A stretch of 64,000 nucleotides of DNA from Lama glama (taxonomy: Eukaryota): positions 100,070,001 through 100,134,000 of the forward strand of contig CM052817.1 of the NCBI GenBank assembly GCA_028534125.1, read 5' to 3'. The stretch's first letter is position 1; every line of letters begins with the position of its first letter. The position numbers and the translations under genes were made by a program. This document shows positions 13,815 to 27,316 of the stretch, in pieces. The notes below the pieces were generated by a model. The model saw only the letters and a program-made list of their open reading frames with translations, was not told where the DNA came from and made no database searches.

Positions 13815-16809
13815 ACTATACACACACAAAGAACATGGTTTATTGGGTCATGGAGGAAGGGACTATCTGACCCAAATAAGACAAATTGGAGCCCTTTTCT
13901 GGTCCATTTGTTTGTACCAAAGCTAAGAAAAGAAGTTTGTCCTCCTTGGGTAAAACAGAGGACCTATCAGCAGTCTTGTTTCCAGCCACAAAAAGAAAGC
14001 CATGGATATGCTGAACCCACATCCCTCCATTCTGTCTCCAACATGTGCCAGGGAATTTTGTTTGTACATGCAAATTTGTGCAAATATCATCTAAGGTCCT
14101 GATAGACTTCTCAGTGCCTGCATCCCTGCAACTTACTATGTACTAGCCTTGAGCATCAGGAGGCTGGATCAGATGACCTCTTGAGCATTTGCGAGATCTG
14201 TTATTCTCTGGATCTACCATCAGATACTACAAGACTGACTTCATGCATAGCCACGCTAAGTAGGAACACAGCAGAGTGCACGATCACTCATTTTTCTCAA
14301 CCAAGGTTCATAGAACAGTCATTTGCTTAGAACTTGGTAGTGTAGTGACCACTGAAATTAAAAAAAAAAAAACAAAACCTGTTGCTTTGAGGCTGGCCAT
14401 CACCGAAGGCAATTTTTTACCAAGGTGACTTAGTGCTTCCTGAGGGGAAATCACTAAGCAAAGAAGACCTCGTACCCCAGGGAACCTCTGTCTCCATGGT
14501 TTCAGTCACTCTCCTTTTCCCAGCAGTACAACTCCAAGGAATTTTCTCAAAGAGGATTCACAAAAACACTAGTAAATGAATCAAGATTGGCTCCTAGCAG
14601 ACCTCTTAACTGGCATTCCACTGGGAGCTAGTTTTAAGGGGCGACTTTAGGGACAGGCATAGTCATTTTCTTTGGACTGACGTCTGAGCTTTGGTGTTTT
14701 CTGAGTTTTTTTCTATCACCATATTAAACTTATCAAGGTAAGAACCAAGGATCAAGATTAAATAAAGGCCATACATGAAGTTTAAACTGAACAAGTGGTT
14801 ACTTCCCAAAACACACACAGAACTTAGGGGAAATTTAGCCAGATTTATTGTGTTATCTCAACTATTTTAAAATAAAAATATATAGAGATTGAAATCTGTG
14901 CCAACAAGATGTAAGTAATTCCTCAAATATACCTGATATGTAGGGTCCTAGATTTTGAAGAGCTTGTTGCAGGATAACATTTAAGCAAGGTTTCATTCCT
15001 AGGAAGACTGTTTTGTTTGCATCACCTCTCTGTACATTTATAGCTGAGGATGCTGGCTCCCAGCATGGTGAAAACTTGTGTTTTCATCGTGTGTCTTAAA
15101 ATCCCCCAGACCTTTTTTTTCTTAATCATGGCTGGGTGAATACCCAGAGCCCTGCTTCTGTGCACCGCCTGAGAGGTGAGAGATTGATACGTGTCATAAT
15201 GATGACTTGCTCTTACATTAATATTTTTGCTTCTTTCCATTGAATACAATTTAGCTTTTTATCCCCTCAGGAAAAACAGAATAAAGCAAAAGTGAGAGCC
15301 AGAGGACTTGAAGTGAACTGAAGCCTGCAAAGACAGTCCCAGAGGGAAGGCTCTTCTACAAATGTCCAGAAGATTATGTCCATATGTCTTTCTGGAACTT
15401 TTGCCAAGAGAGTCACAGGATCAAAATGACTCCTTCACAGCCATTATGTGGTGTCACATCTTGGAGAGCCAAAGGAATAAATTCCAGACGTGCAGAACAC
15501 ATATCCCTTCAGCCTCTCTCAGGCAGGCTGTCAACTCCACAGCACTCATGCACAAATCAAAAAGGGCCGCTGGAGCCTTAAGACTTCCTGTGAACCTCTT
15601 CCTTACTGTCTGCGTCTCTGATGCAGTGGAGTGGAAAGCCTGCAGCCAGACCTTTGTCCTTCACCCTGCATTCTCCCACGCAGGCACGCCAGACTAGGGA
15701 AAAGAGGGTAAGAGAGGGAGTAGGAACAGAGGGGAGAGATTTTGACAGAAAGAAGCCTCTCGTAGAGGACCTACCACAAAAACTGTGACTGGTGCTGCCT
15801 GTGCTTTAACGGGGCAGAAAAGCATCCTCCAAATGCCCCGCCTCCCCCACCTCCTCCTCCAAGCTCTCTTTCTCTTCTTCCCTAAGGTCTGTCCTCCACA
15901 GCCGAACGCTTCTGAGTGTTTTCACTCTTAGAAACAGGATGATTCCTGTCAAACCACAGCTTAAACTTTTCAGAAGAGCTCTTGAGCTTTCATTTCTGTA
16001 ACCGAGATCAGCAGTCTGTCATGTACAGTGGCATTTCCAGCTGACTGCTGGAAATCTCCGCCTGTAAGCCCTGCCGGCACCTTGAAATCAACACGTCCAC
16101 CATCTCAGCGTCTTCCCTCCAGAACGTGATGTTCCGTCCCTGGACTTGTTGTTTTTTTTTTTTTTTCTGTTAATAAGAAACCACTCCCTCAGTCGTTCTG
16201 GCTACAAACATTGAAATTATATGTGGATCTTGCCTTTCTTGTACTGTTACGGGCGTTTGGTGATCACCAGGTTTCTGGTGTGGGTGACCCAGTACAGCTG
16301 ATGCCTCCACAGAAAAATAAGTGGAGGTATGGGAGAGGATACCAAGTGCGGCTTGGGGTGTGTGGAGTTTGAGGTGTCAGTGAGACATCTCAGTGAATGT
16401 GTGCAGGGCTAGTGGAAAATACCAGTCTAAAAACTAAGAAGTCTGGTCTAGAAATATAAATATGGGAATCACAAGAAGTTAAGTGGGAGTTCAGACCATG
16501 AGAGTGTTGGAGTTACCTGGGGTGGGGGTGAATAGTGAGATTTCAAAGTCTAAAAGTTTCCCAAACATATAGATAAGTTTATGTGTATGCGTATGTATAT
16601 ATAAATGTATGTGTACATGTATATGTAGTCCTGAGAGCAAACGTGAGGTTTTTGTATCAGAGGCAGAGTTTTAATAGTCACACGGGTTCCTCACAACCCA
16701 CTGTCCCCTTTCAGGGCGGTGTGATAGCCAGATGTCACCCTGCGTGTGCAAAAGGTTTCTTGCATTATAGAAGAGGAACTCCAGAATTTATTAATCTGGG
16801 AACCAGTCA

Positions 16810-19290
16810 CAAAGATTTCCTTGTATGTTTTCCTCTGGGCATTTTATAGCTTTTGGTTTAACATTTTGGGTTGACTTTCATGTCTGGCGTAAGGTATGGC
16901 TCAAAGTTCTTTTTCTTTTTTTAAAAATGAGTATTTAATTGTTTCAGCACCAATTGTGGAAAAGACTGTCATCTCTCTACTGCACTGCCTTTGCACCACT
17001 GTTTAAAAAAAAATCAGTTGTTCATGTATATGTGGATCTATTTCTGGACTATTTTGTTCTGTTGATTTATTGGCTATCTTTACACGTGTATAACCCTGGG
17101 TTGATTATTATAGACTCATAATAAATCTTGAAATTGGTTAATGTTAGCTGTCCAACATCGTTCTTCTTTTTCAAAGTTGTTTTGACTACTCTAAGTCCTT
17201 TGTCTTTCCACATACATTTTAGAATCAGTTTGTCAATCTCTACAAAAAAAGTTGCCGGGACTTTGAGATTGCGTCGAATCTATAGATTAAGTTGGGAAGA
17301 GCTGACACTTCACAATATTGAATCTTGTTTAATTTATTTAGTTCTTCTTTGATTTCTCTCAGCAATGTTTTATAGTTTTCAGTGTATATATCTGGCACAA
17401 TTTTGTCAGATTTATCCCTAAGTATGTTATATTTGGTGCTATTATAAATGATGCTGTTTTTAAACTTGAATTTCCTTTTTTTACATTTAAATTTTTCCAT
17501 TTTAAAATTGAGGTGTAATTAACTTATAATACTATGTTACTTTCAGGAGTATAAATAGTTATTCAATATTTTTATGTATTACAAAATGATCACCATGCCA
17601 TAATCACCATCCATCACCATACAAAGTTACCACAATATTATTGACTATATTCCCTATGCTGTACATTACATCCCTGTGACTTACTTATTTTGTAAACAGA
17701 AATTTGGACCTCTTAATCTCCCTCATCTATTTCCCTTATCCTCCTAACCCCCTCCCCTCTGGAAACCACCAATTGCTCTCTGTATCAATGAGTCTGTTTC
17801 TGTTTTGTTGTTTGTTCATTTGTTTTGTTTTTTAGATTCTGCATATAAGTGAAATCATATAATATTTGTCTTTCTTTGTCTTACTTCACTTAGCATAGGT
17901 CTATCCATGGTGTTGCAGGTTTTCATTCTTTTTTATAGCTGAGTAATATTCCATCTTCTTTATCCACTCATCTATCAGTGGAACTTAACTTGCTTCTGTA
18001 TCTTGGCTGTTGTAATTCATGCTACAATGAACATAGGGGTGCATATATCTTCTCAAATTAGTGTTTTTGCTTTCTTCAGAAAAATACTCAGAAGTGGAAT
18101 TGCTGGATCATATGGTAGTTCTATTTTTAATTTTTTGAGGAAACTCCACACTGTTTTCCATAGTGGCTGCACCAATTAACATTCCCATCAATACTGCATG
18201 AGGGTTTTCTTTACTCCATATTCTTGTCAATACTTGTTATTTTGTTGTCTTCTTGAAAATAACCTTTCTGACAGGAGTGAGGTGCTCACTGTGGTTTTGA
18301 TTTGCATTTCTCTGACAATTAGTGATGTTGAACATCTTTTCATGTGCTTATTGGCCATTTCAATGTCTCCTTTGGAAAAATGTCTATTCACTTCCTCTGT
18401 CCAGTTTTTAATCAGGTTGTTTGTTTTTTGGTGTTGAGTTTTGTGAGTTCTGTATATATTTTGGATATTAACACCTTATTGAAAATACTATTTACAAATA
18501 TCTTCTCCCATTCAGCAAGCTGCCTTTTCATTTTGTTGATAGTTTCCTTTGCTGTACAAAAGCTTTTTAGTTTGGTGTACTCCCATTTGTTCATGTTGAT
18601 TGATTTGCAGATATTGAACCATCAGTGCATCCCTGGGGTGAATCCCACTTGACCACCGTGTGTGACCCTTTTTGTGTATTGTTGAATTTGGTTTGCTAAT
18701 ATTTTGTTGAGAATTTTTTGCATCTATGTTTAGTGATAGTGACCTATAATTTTCTTTTTTTGTGGTGTTTTTCCCCCCTTTACTTTAAAGATATTATTCC
18801 AATGTCTTGTCACTTCCATTGTGTCTGATAAGAAGTCTTCTACAATCCTTACTATTCTTCTGTATGCACGTCTTTTTCCCTCTGGCTGATTTTAAGGTTT
18901 TTGTTTTATCATTGGCTTTAAGCAATTTTATTGGGATGTGATTTGTGTTTGAGATTTGTTTAGCTTCTTAGATCTGCATATATATAGGTTTTACCAGATA
19001 TGGAAAAATTTCAGCCATTATTTCTTCAAATATATATTTCATCCATCTCTTCCTTCCCCCTCCTTTTCTTCAAGGACTCCCATTTCATAGGCCTTAGGCT
19101 TCTTAAAGATATCTCATAGCTTACTGAGGGTTTTTTCATTTTTAAATTTCATTTTTCTCTGTGTACTTGTATGTAGTTTCTATTACTATATCTTCAAATC
19201 AGGTATCTTTTTTTTTATGCTGTATAATGTCTTATCTGCCGTAAGTCCCATGCAGTATATTTTTTGTCTCAGACGTCTGTTTAGCAACGC
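16810..19290 (-). mobile_element. Composite of LINE-1 fragments
   Basis: ORF2 remnants: YTENYKTLLREIKEELNK in ORF 17240-17500 and [15 protein letters not shown] in ORF 18412-18594. A better-preserved L1 3' end spans ~17490-18590, with older L1 pieces on either side. Confidence 0.85.
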
Positions 19291-19484
19291 GGTCTGTGAA
19301 GGTATGAGCATCATTCATCTGGTGGACATTCCGGGTCCTAAAGAAGTTTGCCAAGGTGGGCATTTGGCAGTTCTTTTCTCCATACATTTGCTGACCATCC
19401 TTTCTTTACATTTTAATTTTTATCCAAGGTACACATATGTAGTTTAATAAGTCAGATACATGCTTAAAGTATATGGATTACCTA

Positions 19485-19905
19485 GAATTAGTTTCAGCTG
19501 CATTTAATAGAAACCCCCAAGTAACAGTGTCTCAAATATATAAGGCTTATTTTTTTATAGTAAAAGCTGTTTAGGTGCTAGAGAGTCCAGGGCCTGTTTG
19601 GCAATTCCTGATGTTATCAGAAACATAAGCTCCTTCTAGCTTTCTGCTTCTCTGTCCTTAATCACAATAAGCTCCAGCCATTCACGCCTGCATTCTAGGA
19701 AGCAGACAGGAAAAAGGGAAGGATAAAAGCTAGATGAGACCCACCAGCTTCTGCTTACATCTCATTGGCCAGAATGAACATTGCAGCAGCTAGGTGCAAT
19801 GGTGACAGAGAAACCTGGGGCTTTATCTTAACATACTGCTCTCCTGAATAAAATTGGGATCCTTTTATCAAGGAAAAAGAGAAGAATGGTACGCAACAAC
19901 ATTTC
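19485..19905 (-). mobile_element. Old MaLR LTR (MLT1-like)
   Basis: TTAGTTTCAGCTGCA...AAACCC...AACAGTG, TCTCATTGGCCAGAA motifs typical of ancient MLT1. Confidence 0.55.
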
Positions 19906-20379
19906 TGTCATAGTTTCTAAGAAAAACCATCCACCCTCTGTGCCATCTTCCTTCTTGTTCGGATTCCCACGTCCTATTTAGAGGGAACTATTTTCAACTC
20001 TTTCATCTGTTTCTCCTAATTTGACTTTCATATTCAGACAAAAACAACAACATTGTTCTGCTAATCATTTTCTTCTCTTAAATAGTATCTATTTATTTTA
20101 CTGTGGAAAATGAGACGTTTACCTCTCTTGCACCCTCGTGCCTATTCTGTTCCCAGTTTCCTTCACCCATTCCTCCTAATTTTGTTCACTCAGTACTTAA
20201 GGTTTATATTATTATGACCATGTTATTAGGAGTCAAAGCTGGGTTATGTAGTATATTGTAGTTACATATTTTAAAAATTTTAAATTTTTACCAAATTATG
20301 TTTTCCTTTGCTTAGATTTGTAGGTTCCCAATTTATCCATAAGCTTTTAATTTCCATATAAGTTGCATCTCAGTACAGC

Positions 20380-21250
20380 CAAATATAAAATTGTCGATCA
20401 GTTTCATCTTTGTTTTAGAGGCAGGCTTCTGGAGCCCTCTGCTCCCTGTTGTTCCAGTCTGGGCCGGCTGCTCCCTGGTCCTGATACACAGCTGTCTCCC
20501 TGAATAACCCTATCGTCTTTATCATCCTGGGGATCCCCTTCACTTCATGAATGTGTTGGATCTACTGTTTCCTTGTTCCCATGCTGTGTCTTCTTTCTTG
20601 GTTTATTTCCTTGTTTTGGGAAGGCACATCTTCTTGTAGCTTCTTGAGAAAGGACACATTGGCAGTAAATATTTTTGAGATGTGTATTTGACAGCATCTT
20701 TGTTTGAACCCCATACTTAACTGACCATTTGGATGGGCTTAAAACCCTAGCTGGAAATCATTTCCCCCAGAGTTTTTTTTCTTCCCCGCTTAGACTTTTT
20801 AAAGGCATCGCTCTATTCTAGTTTTCAATGCTGCCATTGAGAAGTGTGGTGCCATTTGCTTCTCAGCCTTTGTATGTCCCCTGTTTTTTTCCCCGCCTCT
20901 GGTTGATTTTTGGATCTTCTCTTTATTCCTAGTGTTCTGAAATTTCAAACCATTGCCTCTTTATGTGGGTCTTTTTTCATCTCTTGAATTGGACATTCCA
21001 TTGACGATCTCATTCTGGAAATTTATGTCTTTCAGTTCTGGATAAAATTTTGAATTATTTGGCTGGCAGTCCCCCTCTGTCTGTTATCTCTTCCCACGGC
21101 TCCTACCATTCAGATGTTGGGCCTCCTGCATTGATCATCTTCTGTCTCAATAGCTTTGCTGTTGTGCATTTGTGCTCTGTTTATGTACTTGCTGTCATTT
21201 TTGTATCATTTCAAGAAGAAGTAATGGTAAATACAAGCATCCAGGCCTCT
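20380..21250 (-). mobile_element. Ancient L1 (L1M/L1ME-like) fragments
   Basis: Degenerate T-rich L1-like text (GAAATCATTT..CAGA, TTGAGAAGT.TG.TGCCATT, GTGTTCTGAAATTTC). Confidence 0.5.
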
Positions 21251-22044
21251 GTAGTTAACTCTAGTTCTAGTTCGAGGGTTCTAACCCTCTGTCTCTTTTC
21301 AGGTGTCTTTATCGCAGGTAAGGGGGATATTGCAGAAATCCGTATGGTCTCTCTGAGATGAGGGCCAGATTTCCTTTTGCTGGTCCGATTCTCCCACCTA
21401 TCAGACTTGGCTTCAGGATGTTTACACAAAGTAGAAACAAAGGCCAGTGAACGAAAGTAGAACAGGACCCGGTACAAGCCCCTTGGGCGTGTTATTTACT
21501 CTCTCTCGTAAGGTTTATTCATTCCAGAAATGAGGGACAGCAGGGCCCACCTTTTACAGCTCAGGGTTGTTGTGATAATCAAATGAAGGCATGTAAGTGA
21601 ACATTACTGGAAAGATACATAGTGCTGTATTAGTGTGAAAGATGGTAATGCTCAGGAAGGAACACAGGCCCTCCTAATGAGCATTTAATTAAAATTTGTG
21701 GTTGCTATTTTTGACCAGGGAAAACTAAAGAGAGCAAGAATAGAAAAAGCAAGACTCAGGTAAGACACTCTTCAAGGTCAGTAGAAGGCCAGGTCACAGA
21801 GGAAGCTCTGAGCTGCGGATGGAGCAGAGGCAGACAGACACACAGACAGACTGAGTTCACACTCAGATTTCAGAACTTGTTGGGCCATCCGCGGTGTCTT
21901 TGCAAAACGAGGAAAATAACGCCTACTTCGCCGTGTTGCTATATAGAACAGACTTTCAGAGATAAAAATACGTGTAAAGCCCCTGGCACGTAGCTGGCAT
22001 TCAAAACACGATAGCAGTTTTCAGTGGTTAGGGGTTTGCTGGTT

Positions 22045-22280
22045 CTAGAACCAGGTGTGTGTGTTCCGTCACATCTTACCATTTATGAATTGTGTGATTT
22101 GAGGCAAGTCACTCAACTGCTATGGGCCTGTTTGTTCATCTGTAAGATGGGATAGCAGCAGTAGCCACCCTACAGGGTGGTTGTGAATATTAAGCACAAC
22201 CTACAGTCAGTGGAAAGTGTCTAGAATGGGGCCCTGCCACATAATCACCCCTCAGTGAATATGGGCTACTATTATTGTTA
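22045..22280 (+). mobile_element. MIR SINE
   Basis: TGTGTGATTTGAGGCAAGTCACTCAAC...CATCTGTAAGATGGG...AGGGTGGTTGTGA core. Further MIR pieces at ~21480-21650 and ~21880-22020. Confidence 0.75.
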
Positions 22281-25200
22281 TTAGCTGCTGAGCAACAAAG
22301 CAGCTCTTTCAACCATGCATTGAGTCCTCATTTGGAGACCAAATAAAGTCACAGATGGAACTTAATTTGTGTGCTAAAATAAATTTGCACATAATAAATA
22401 AATAGAGATGACTTGTTTTGGTACCAGGTGGCTCATTATCTAAAGGGCCTTTAGTCCTGTGTCCCTGGTCCCCTAGGGAGGGAGCCAGGGGGGAATGGAG
22501 TGAGAGCATTTGAAGACATTCTGATGTCAGGGCTTTGGGCCAAGTCCTGATTCTGTCCTGAAAAGTGGAAGCCTGAAACTGGGAGACAGCAAGGGGCAGA
22601 GGGATGAATGATCTCCCAGACAGAATTTCTGACTTCATGGGCCTCCATGAATCCTTCATGTATCACGGCCTTTCCATTTGATGCAAAACTGAGAATTTAT
22701 AGAACGTATTGAACTTGGCCCTCCTGACTTCAAATATTCCAATACTCATTGCTTACTTCCACCAATGACTAGACCCGCTGTGGAGACCTCTTAAGCCACG
22801 CTCCAGCCCCGACTGTACCTGGCTTGCCTTTGACTCTAGGCTGCCTCTGCCCTGCGGATGCCAGCTTCATGCCCTGACATGGTTCCAAATGATAAGGATG
22901 GCAGCATGGCCCAAGAGCTCAGTCAGTAAGTGTTAACGAAGTAATCAGCAGGGGGGTAACACAGTGAATACTTCTGTGTTCGTATCATCACATATATATG
23001 ATACGTGAAGGTAACATGCAGCTTATACTTTAAAGGTAATACTAGTGTTTGCTGCCCTCCCCTAGGCTTACCTACTTGCACTGTAGTGGTTTAGGGTTTG
23101 TGTCTCCTCTAAAAGAGGTGTGCTTGTATGTAAAACCTCCCAAAGGCAGGGGACTTATTTTTCTCATCTATGATACTTGAGGAACGGATGAATGAATAAA
23201 TCTCTCCATTCCACAAATATGTGTTGAGCTCCAAACAGTGACCTGGTGATACAGCAGAGCTCAGGACAGACAGGGTCTATGATCTCATGGAGCTTCCATT
23301 TTTATAGGCGGAGACAAGTCATGAATGAATAAACGAACAAGGTAGTTTCACATAGTGAATGCAATGAACCCTGCATAAATTCCATCAGTGTGAATTTCTC
23401 TTATAAGGAAAATGTAGTGTGAAATTTGGCCCCGAGTGCCTCCTCCGTGCAACAGATCTCTACAGAGGGAAGAAGTGTAGATTGCGAGAATTTATCTAAA
23501 TTACTAAACTGTAATGATCTGGTCCTCCAAATGAGACAAGCAGCAGTCTTGCATAAATGTTTCAGCTTGGCCTGCAATTTACTAATCGGAGGCTGGAGGT
23601 GACTTGCCATAAAACTACGCAGGCTTTTAACTGATGGGTTTACAGAAGGTTCAGCTGCAAAACTGTGCCCTGTAATTGGAAGTTTAAAGGCACAAATCGC
23701 AGATCATTTAAATAAAAAGCTCAATATTCCTTCCACGTCTCCCCCTTCTAAAAGTTGAAGGAAAGCATCTCTGTCAGAAATAATCTGATATAGGCCTGTA
23801 ACTCCCAGGGTAGGAAAAAACTGACCATTATTGACGACTAAGACCTTACCCACAGCACTTTTAACTTCTAAGTGTGTGTAAGAAAAGACGTCTTTCTTAA
23901 AAACACGGTAAATGGATTTTGAGAATACCACCCTACATGTCTACACAATGAAAGGAAAACAAACTTAATTAGCCTAGACCAAATTTCACCCTTTGATACA
24001 CACAGATAACTGCCGCTGAGATAACTATATAAAAGCCAAGGCTGTGTTTGGATCTCAGAGTAACGTGTGTTTTTCCAAGAGCAGAAGTTGTTCTCTGTCA
24101 CGTATCCATATACAGTGCTTGTATGTACGCTTAGTGTTTCTGTGTGTCTATCCACTGCCTGTGAAGGGAAGGGATTTGAGAACTGAATGACTGGTTAAGA
24201 GGGCTAAGAGTGTAAGTACTCACCTTCCTTCTTGTTAAACGATCTCTACTTGTGGCTTACATTTCCGGGGTTCGTGCGCGCGCGCACAGACTCCTCTGGA
24301 GCTTCTCTTCTGATCCTCTGTGATTAGTTGGTAGTCTCTGGGTGGAAAAGAAATGGGATAAATAGGAGATGGGATCATGAAACAGAAGTGTCACCAACCA
24401 GGGGACATCCTGCAGTGCTTCCCTCCACGCACATTGCCTGGTCTTCTTTCTGACCTCCGTCCTATTGACAGGGGAGCCAAGAAGAGGGCAGGGGACCGCA
24501 GGAAGGGCTACTGCTTTTCTTTCAGAGCCATATGCCTCATGTTTAATGCAAACCTTCTGAATCTTGAAACGAAAAGCATCAATACTGTGGGGAGGGGTGT
24601 GTCTTTAAGTTTGTATGAAGTCAAAGTCTATAATATGATAACAATAAATGATATATTTCATTCTAGGCATCCATGAAAATAGCGAGAATAAATTATTCCA
24701 AAGAGATCATTCCTTCGAAAAGAGCTTTTATATAATTGGTACTCTTGCCCTTAATGTTTCACTTAGATTTATGGTCAGAACGTTATCAGAACACATTTAT
24801 CCATGCAAGATACTTCCTGAGAATTTCAATTATTATTTACTCTGTTATATACATCCATGTGCATTTATGAAGCCAGAGGGATCACGTGCATGCAAATTGA
24901 CAGACAGACGAAAACATCACGCTCCATCTTCTGCAGTGCAATCGTCTTTGACAGGCTAATTTCTAGTAGGTGCCCAGTCACTTGGTTTCACAGCTTAGCT
25001 ATTCATCGTCAGACAGGGTGTCTGTGTTTGCTCCGTACACTTCCAGTTTGCAGGAGGGTGCCAGACTGGCATCCTGTCTCGTGACTCGATGACAGCCCCC
25101 ATTAATAGCACATCCAGTGGTACTAACATCCAATCCCTCTCAGCTGGGGGGAGTCTGGCAGTTAGTGCCAGTCTGAGGAACCACACGGGCTGGGGCGAAA

Positions 25201-27118
25201 ATATGTCAGCTCATGCAAAAGAGGGCGACTGTGAATTCACACCCTCTGAGTGCATGCGGAATTGCAGAAGGGGAGCTTTGAAACAAAAACGGCGAGGGAG
25301 GATCATGGGGAAAGACTCTTATGGTGTCTGCCATCCTCACTTTGTGAAATCTGGGGTGAAACAAAATCACTGTTGTTTCCCTTGGTGGGGACCATGCCAT
25401 GGCTCTATGCTCTATTTATCCCGCAACACATTGCTAGTTCTTAATGATTATCATTATCATTATTAATGATGGTAATAATTGACAACATGGTAGATAACTT
25501 GAAAGGAGCTAGTTTCCTGGAGGAAAAAAAAAATAAGTCACTGTAATAATGGCTCTTTTACACAGTAATAAATAGCACATTTGTGTCTTGGTATTTGAAA
25601 TTATGTCTTTGTTTGCTGAGGCCGGAGGGCATAGGGTGCAATTTTGAAATCCAATAATTGAGCAAATGAATTAGCATTAGGAAAAGGGTGCATGTTAATC
25701 AAAATCAGCCATTTGGACTTTGGGGCCTTAATTGCATCTACATTTTCTGTTTCCTTCTTTCTTTCTGATGTCAGTTATTTCTGGAATTGTAGTGCCTTCT
25801 CCAAAAGAGGAGAAGAATGTTGCTTATTGGGAGCTGAGATTTTAGGCTATGCCTCATAAAAGGATGTTTTCTGAAGGAAATACCATTTAATAGGGGTAAA
25901 GCCTGAAATGCAAATATACCTGAAGGGAAGTCTGAGAAGGGCCCGGGGAGCTGCTGATTCTCGCAGCTTCTCTCCCTGACTTTAATCCGTCAAGAGTAGG
26001 AGAGAGTAGGCAGACCTGGTAACCAGTCTCTGAAAAACAGAAGGTTAATATGTTTCTTCAGAAGACTTGCCAAAGATACTGCTCAATAGTCCGATTGAGA
26101 AAAACGTGTGTGTCTTTCTACCTGGACTTGGAAATGTTTCCCTGCATTGACCTGCAAGGTAAGTCATGTCAATTAAACTGGAATTAGGAAAAAAAAAAGC
26201 ACTTCCTGCAACGTGAAACAAGAGCTCAGGCTTTTCCCCCCTCTACTCTTTCTGTGATTTACAGCGACATCTAATATCGGAATAAAAACTCAAAGATGAT
26301 CTATGGAGCTCCATGTACACTTCTTTTAGAAATGGTCTAGCACGAAGGAGTACTTGTGCCTGAACTCATATGTTTGCAAAGATGGCAGAGTTGATTTTAC
26401 CTTGAAATCCCCCCTGGAATTCCAAATACACATTCTCTGGGATATGCATTTATCCTCAGAATCTGGTAGAAAAAGATAGGAATCCATTTCCACTAAGAAA
26501 TCCTTTCTTGAACTATCAGCTCAGCAGATAAAGTATCAGCTTGGTGGAAGTAATAATAATAAAGATGATAATATCTCATTGAGAACAGATTGAGCCACAT
26601 TTCATCCTCTTTTTCCCACCGAGCATCATGGCCGTCTTGTAGCACATCTCCAGATGATGAATTTTCATTGCTCCCTGATGTCGCGTTTCCTGGGGCTCCT
26701 CCACTTAAGTCCCTAAAGCAACTCACGCAGACTTGGAGAATCATTGTTCCATCTCCTGTTCTCAAGATTCGTCATAAATTCCTCATGTCTTTTGCCTATA
26801 CGATTGGAAACGGTTTTGCCCTACACTTTGAGACTGAGTTCCATCTTGGAACTCAAGTCCACTGTAGGCCTGGCTTCCTCTTGGAGCCATGAAACAGGTT
26901 CTGTGGATGGAAAAATCTCTTTTCTAGGATTTCTGCATTGTTCTGGCTGAGCTGGCAACTTAATGCAGCTGCTGCCTCTAGTCACCTCTGCCCCACTCAA
27001 AGGAGACAGGGCGTCCCACTTTCTATGGAGGGTCTTTGCTCCTTTCGCTATGTTTCCCAGTACTATGTGAATGCCCTGTTTTAGCACTCCTCACACGGTG
27101 CTCTTAGTCCCAGATCAA

Positions 27119-27316
27119 GGAGGGGCGGGTACTCAGAGGTGGAGCGCATGCTTAGCATGCATGAGGTCTTGGGTTCAATCCCCAGTATCTCTGTTTAAAA
27201 AACCATTTTTTAAATAAATAAATAAATAAACCCAATCACCACCCCCATTAAAAAGAAAAAGAAACAAAATAGAAAAAGAAAAACCAAAAGAAGAAAGAAG
27301 AAGAAGAAGAAGAAAA
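27119..27316 (+). mobile_element. vic-1-like SINE with (GAA)n tail
   Basis: GCATGCTTAGCATGCATGAGGTCTTGGGTTCAATCCCCAGT head with damaged A box; A-rich and GAA tail. Confidence 0.85.
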
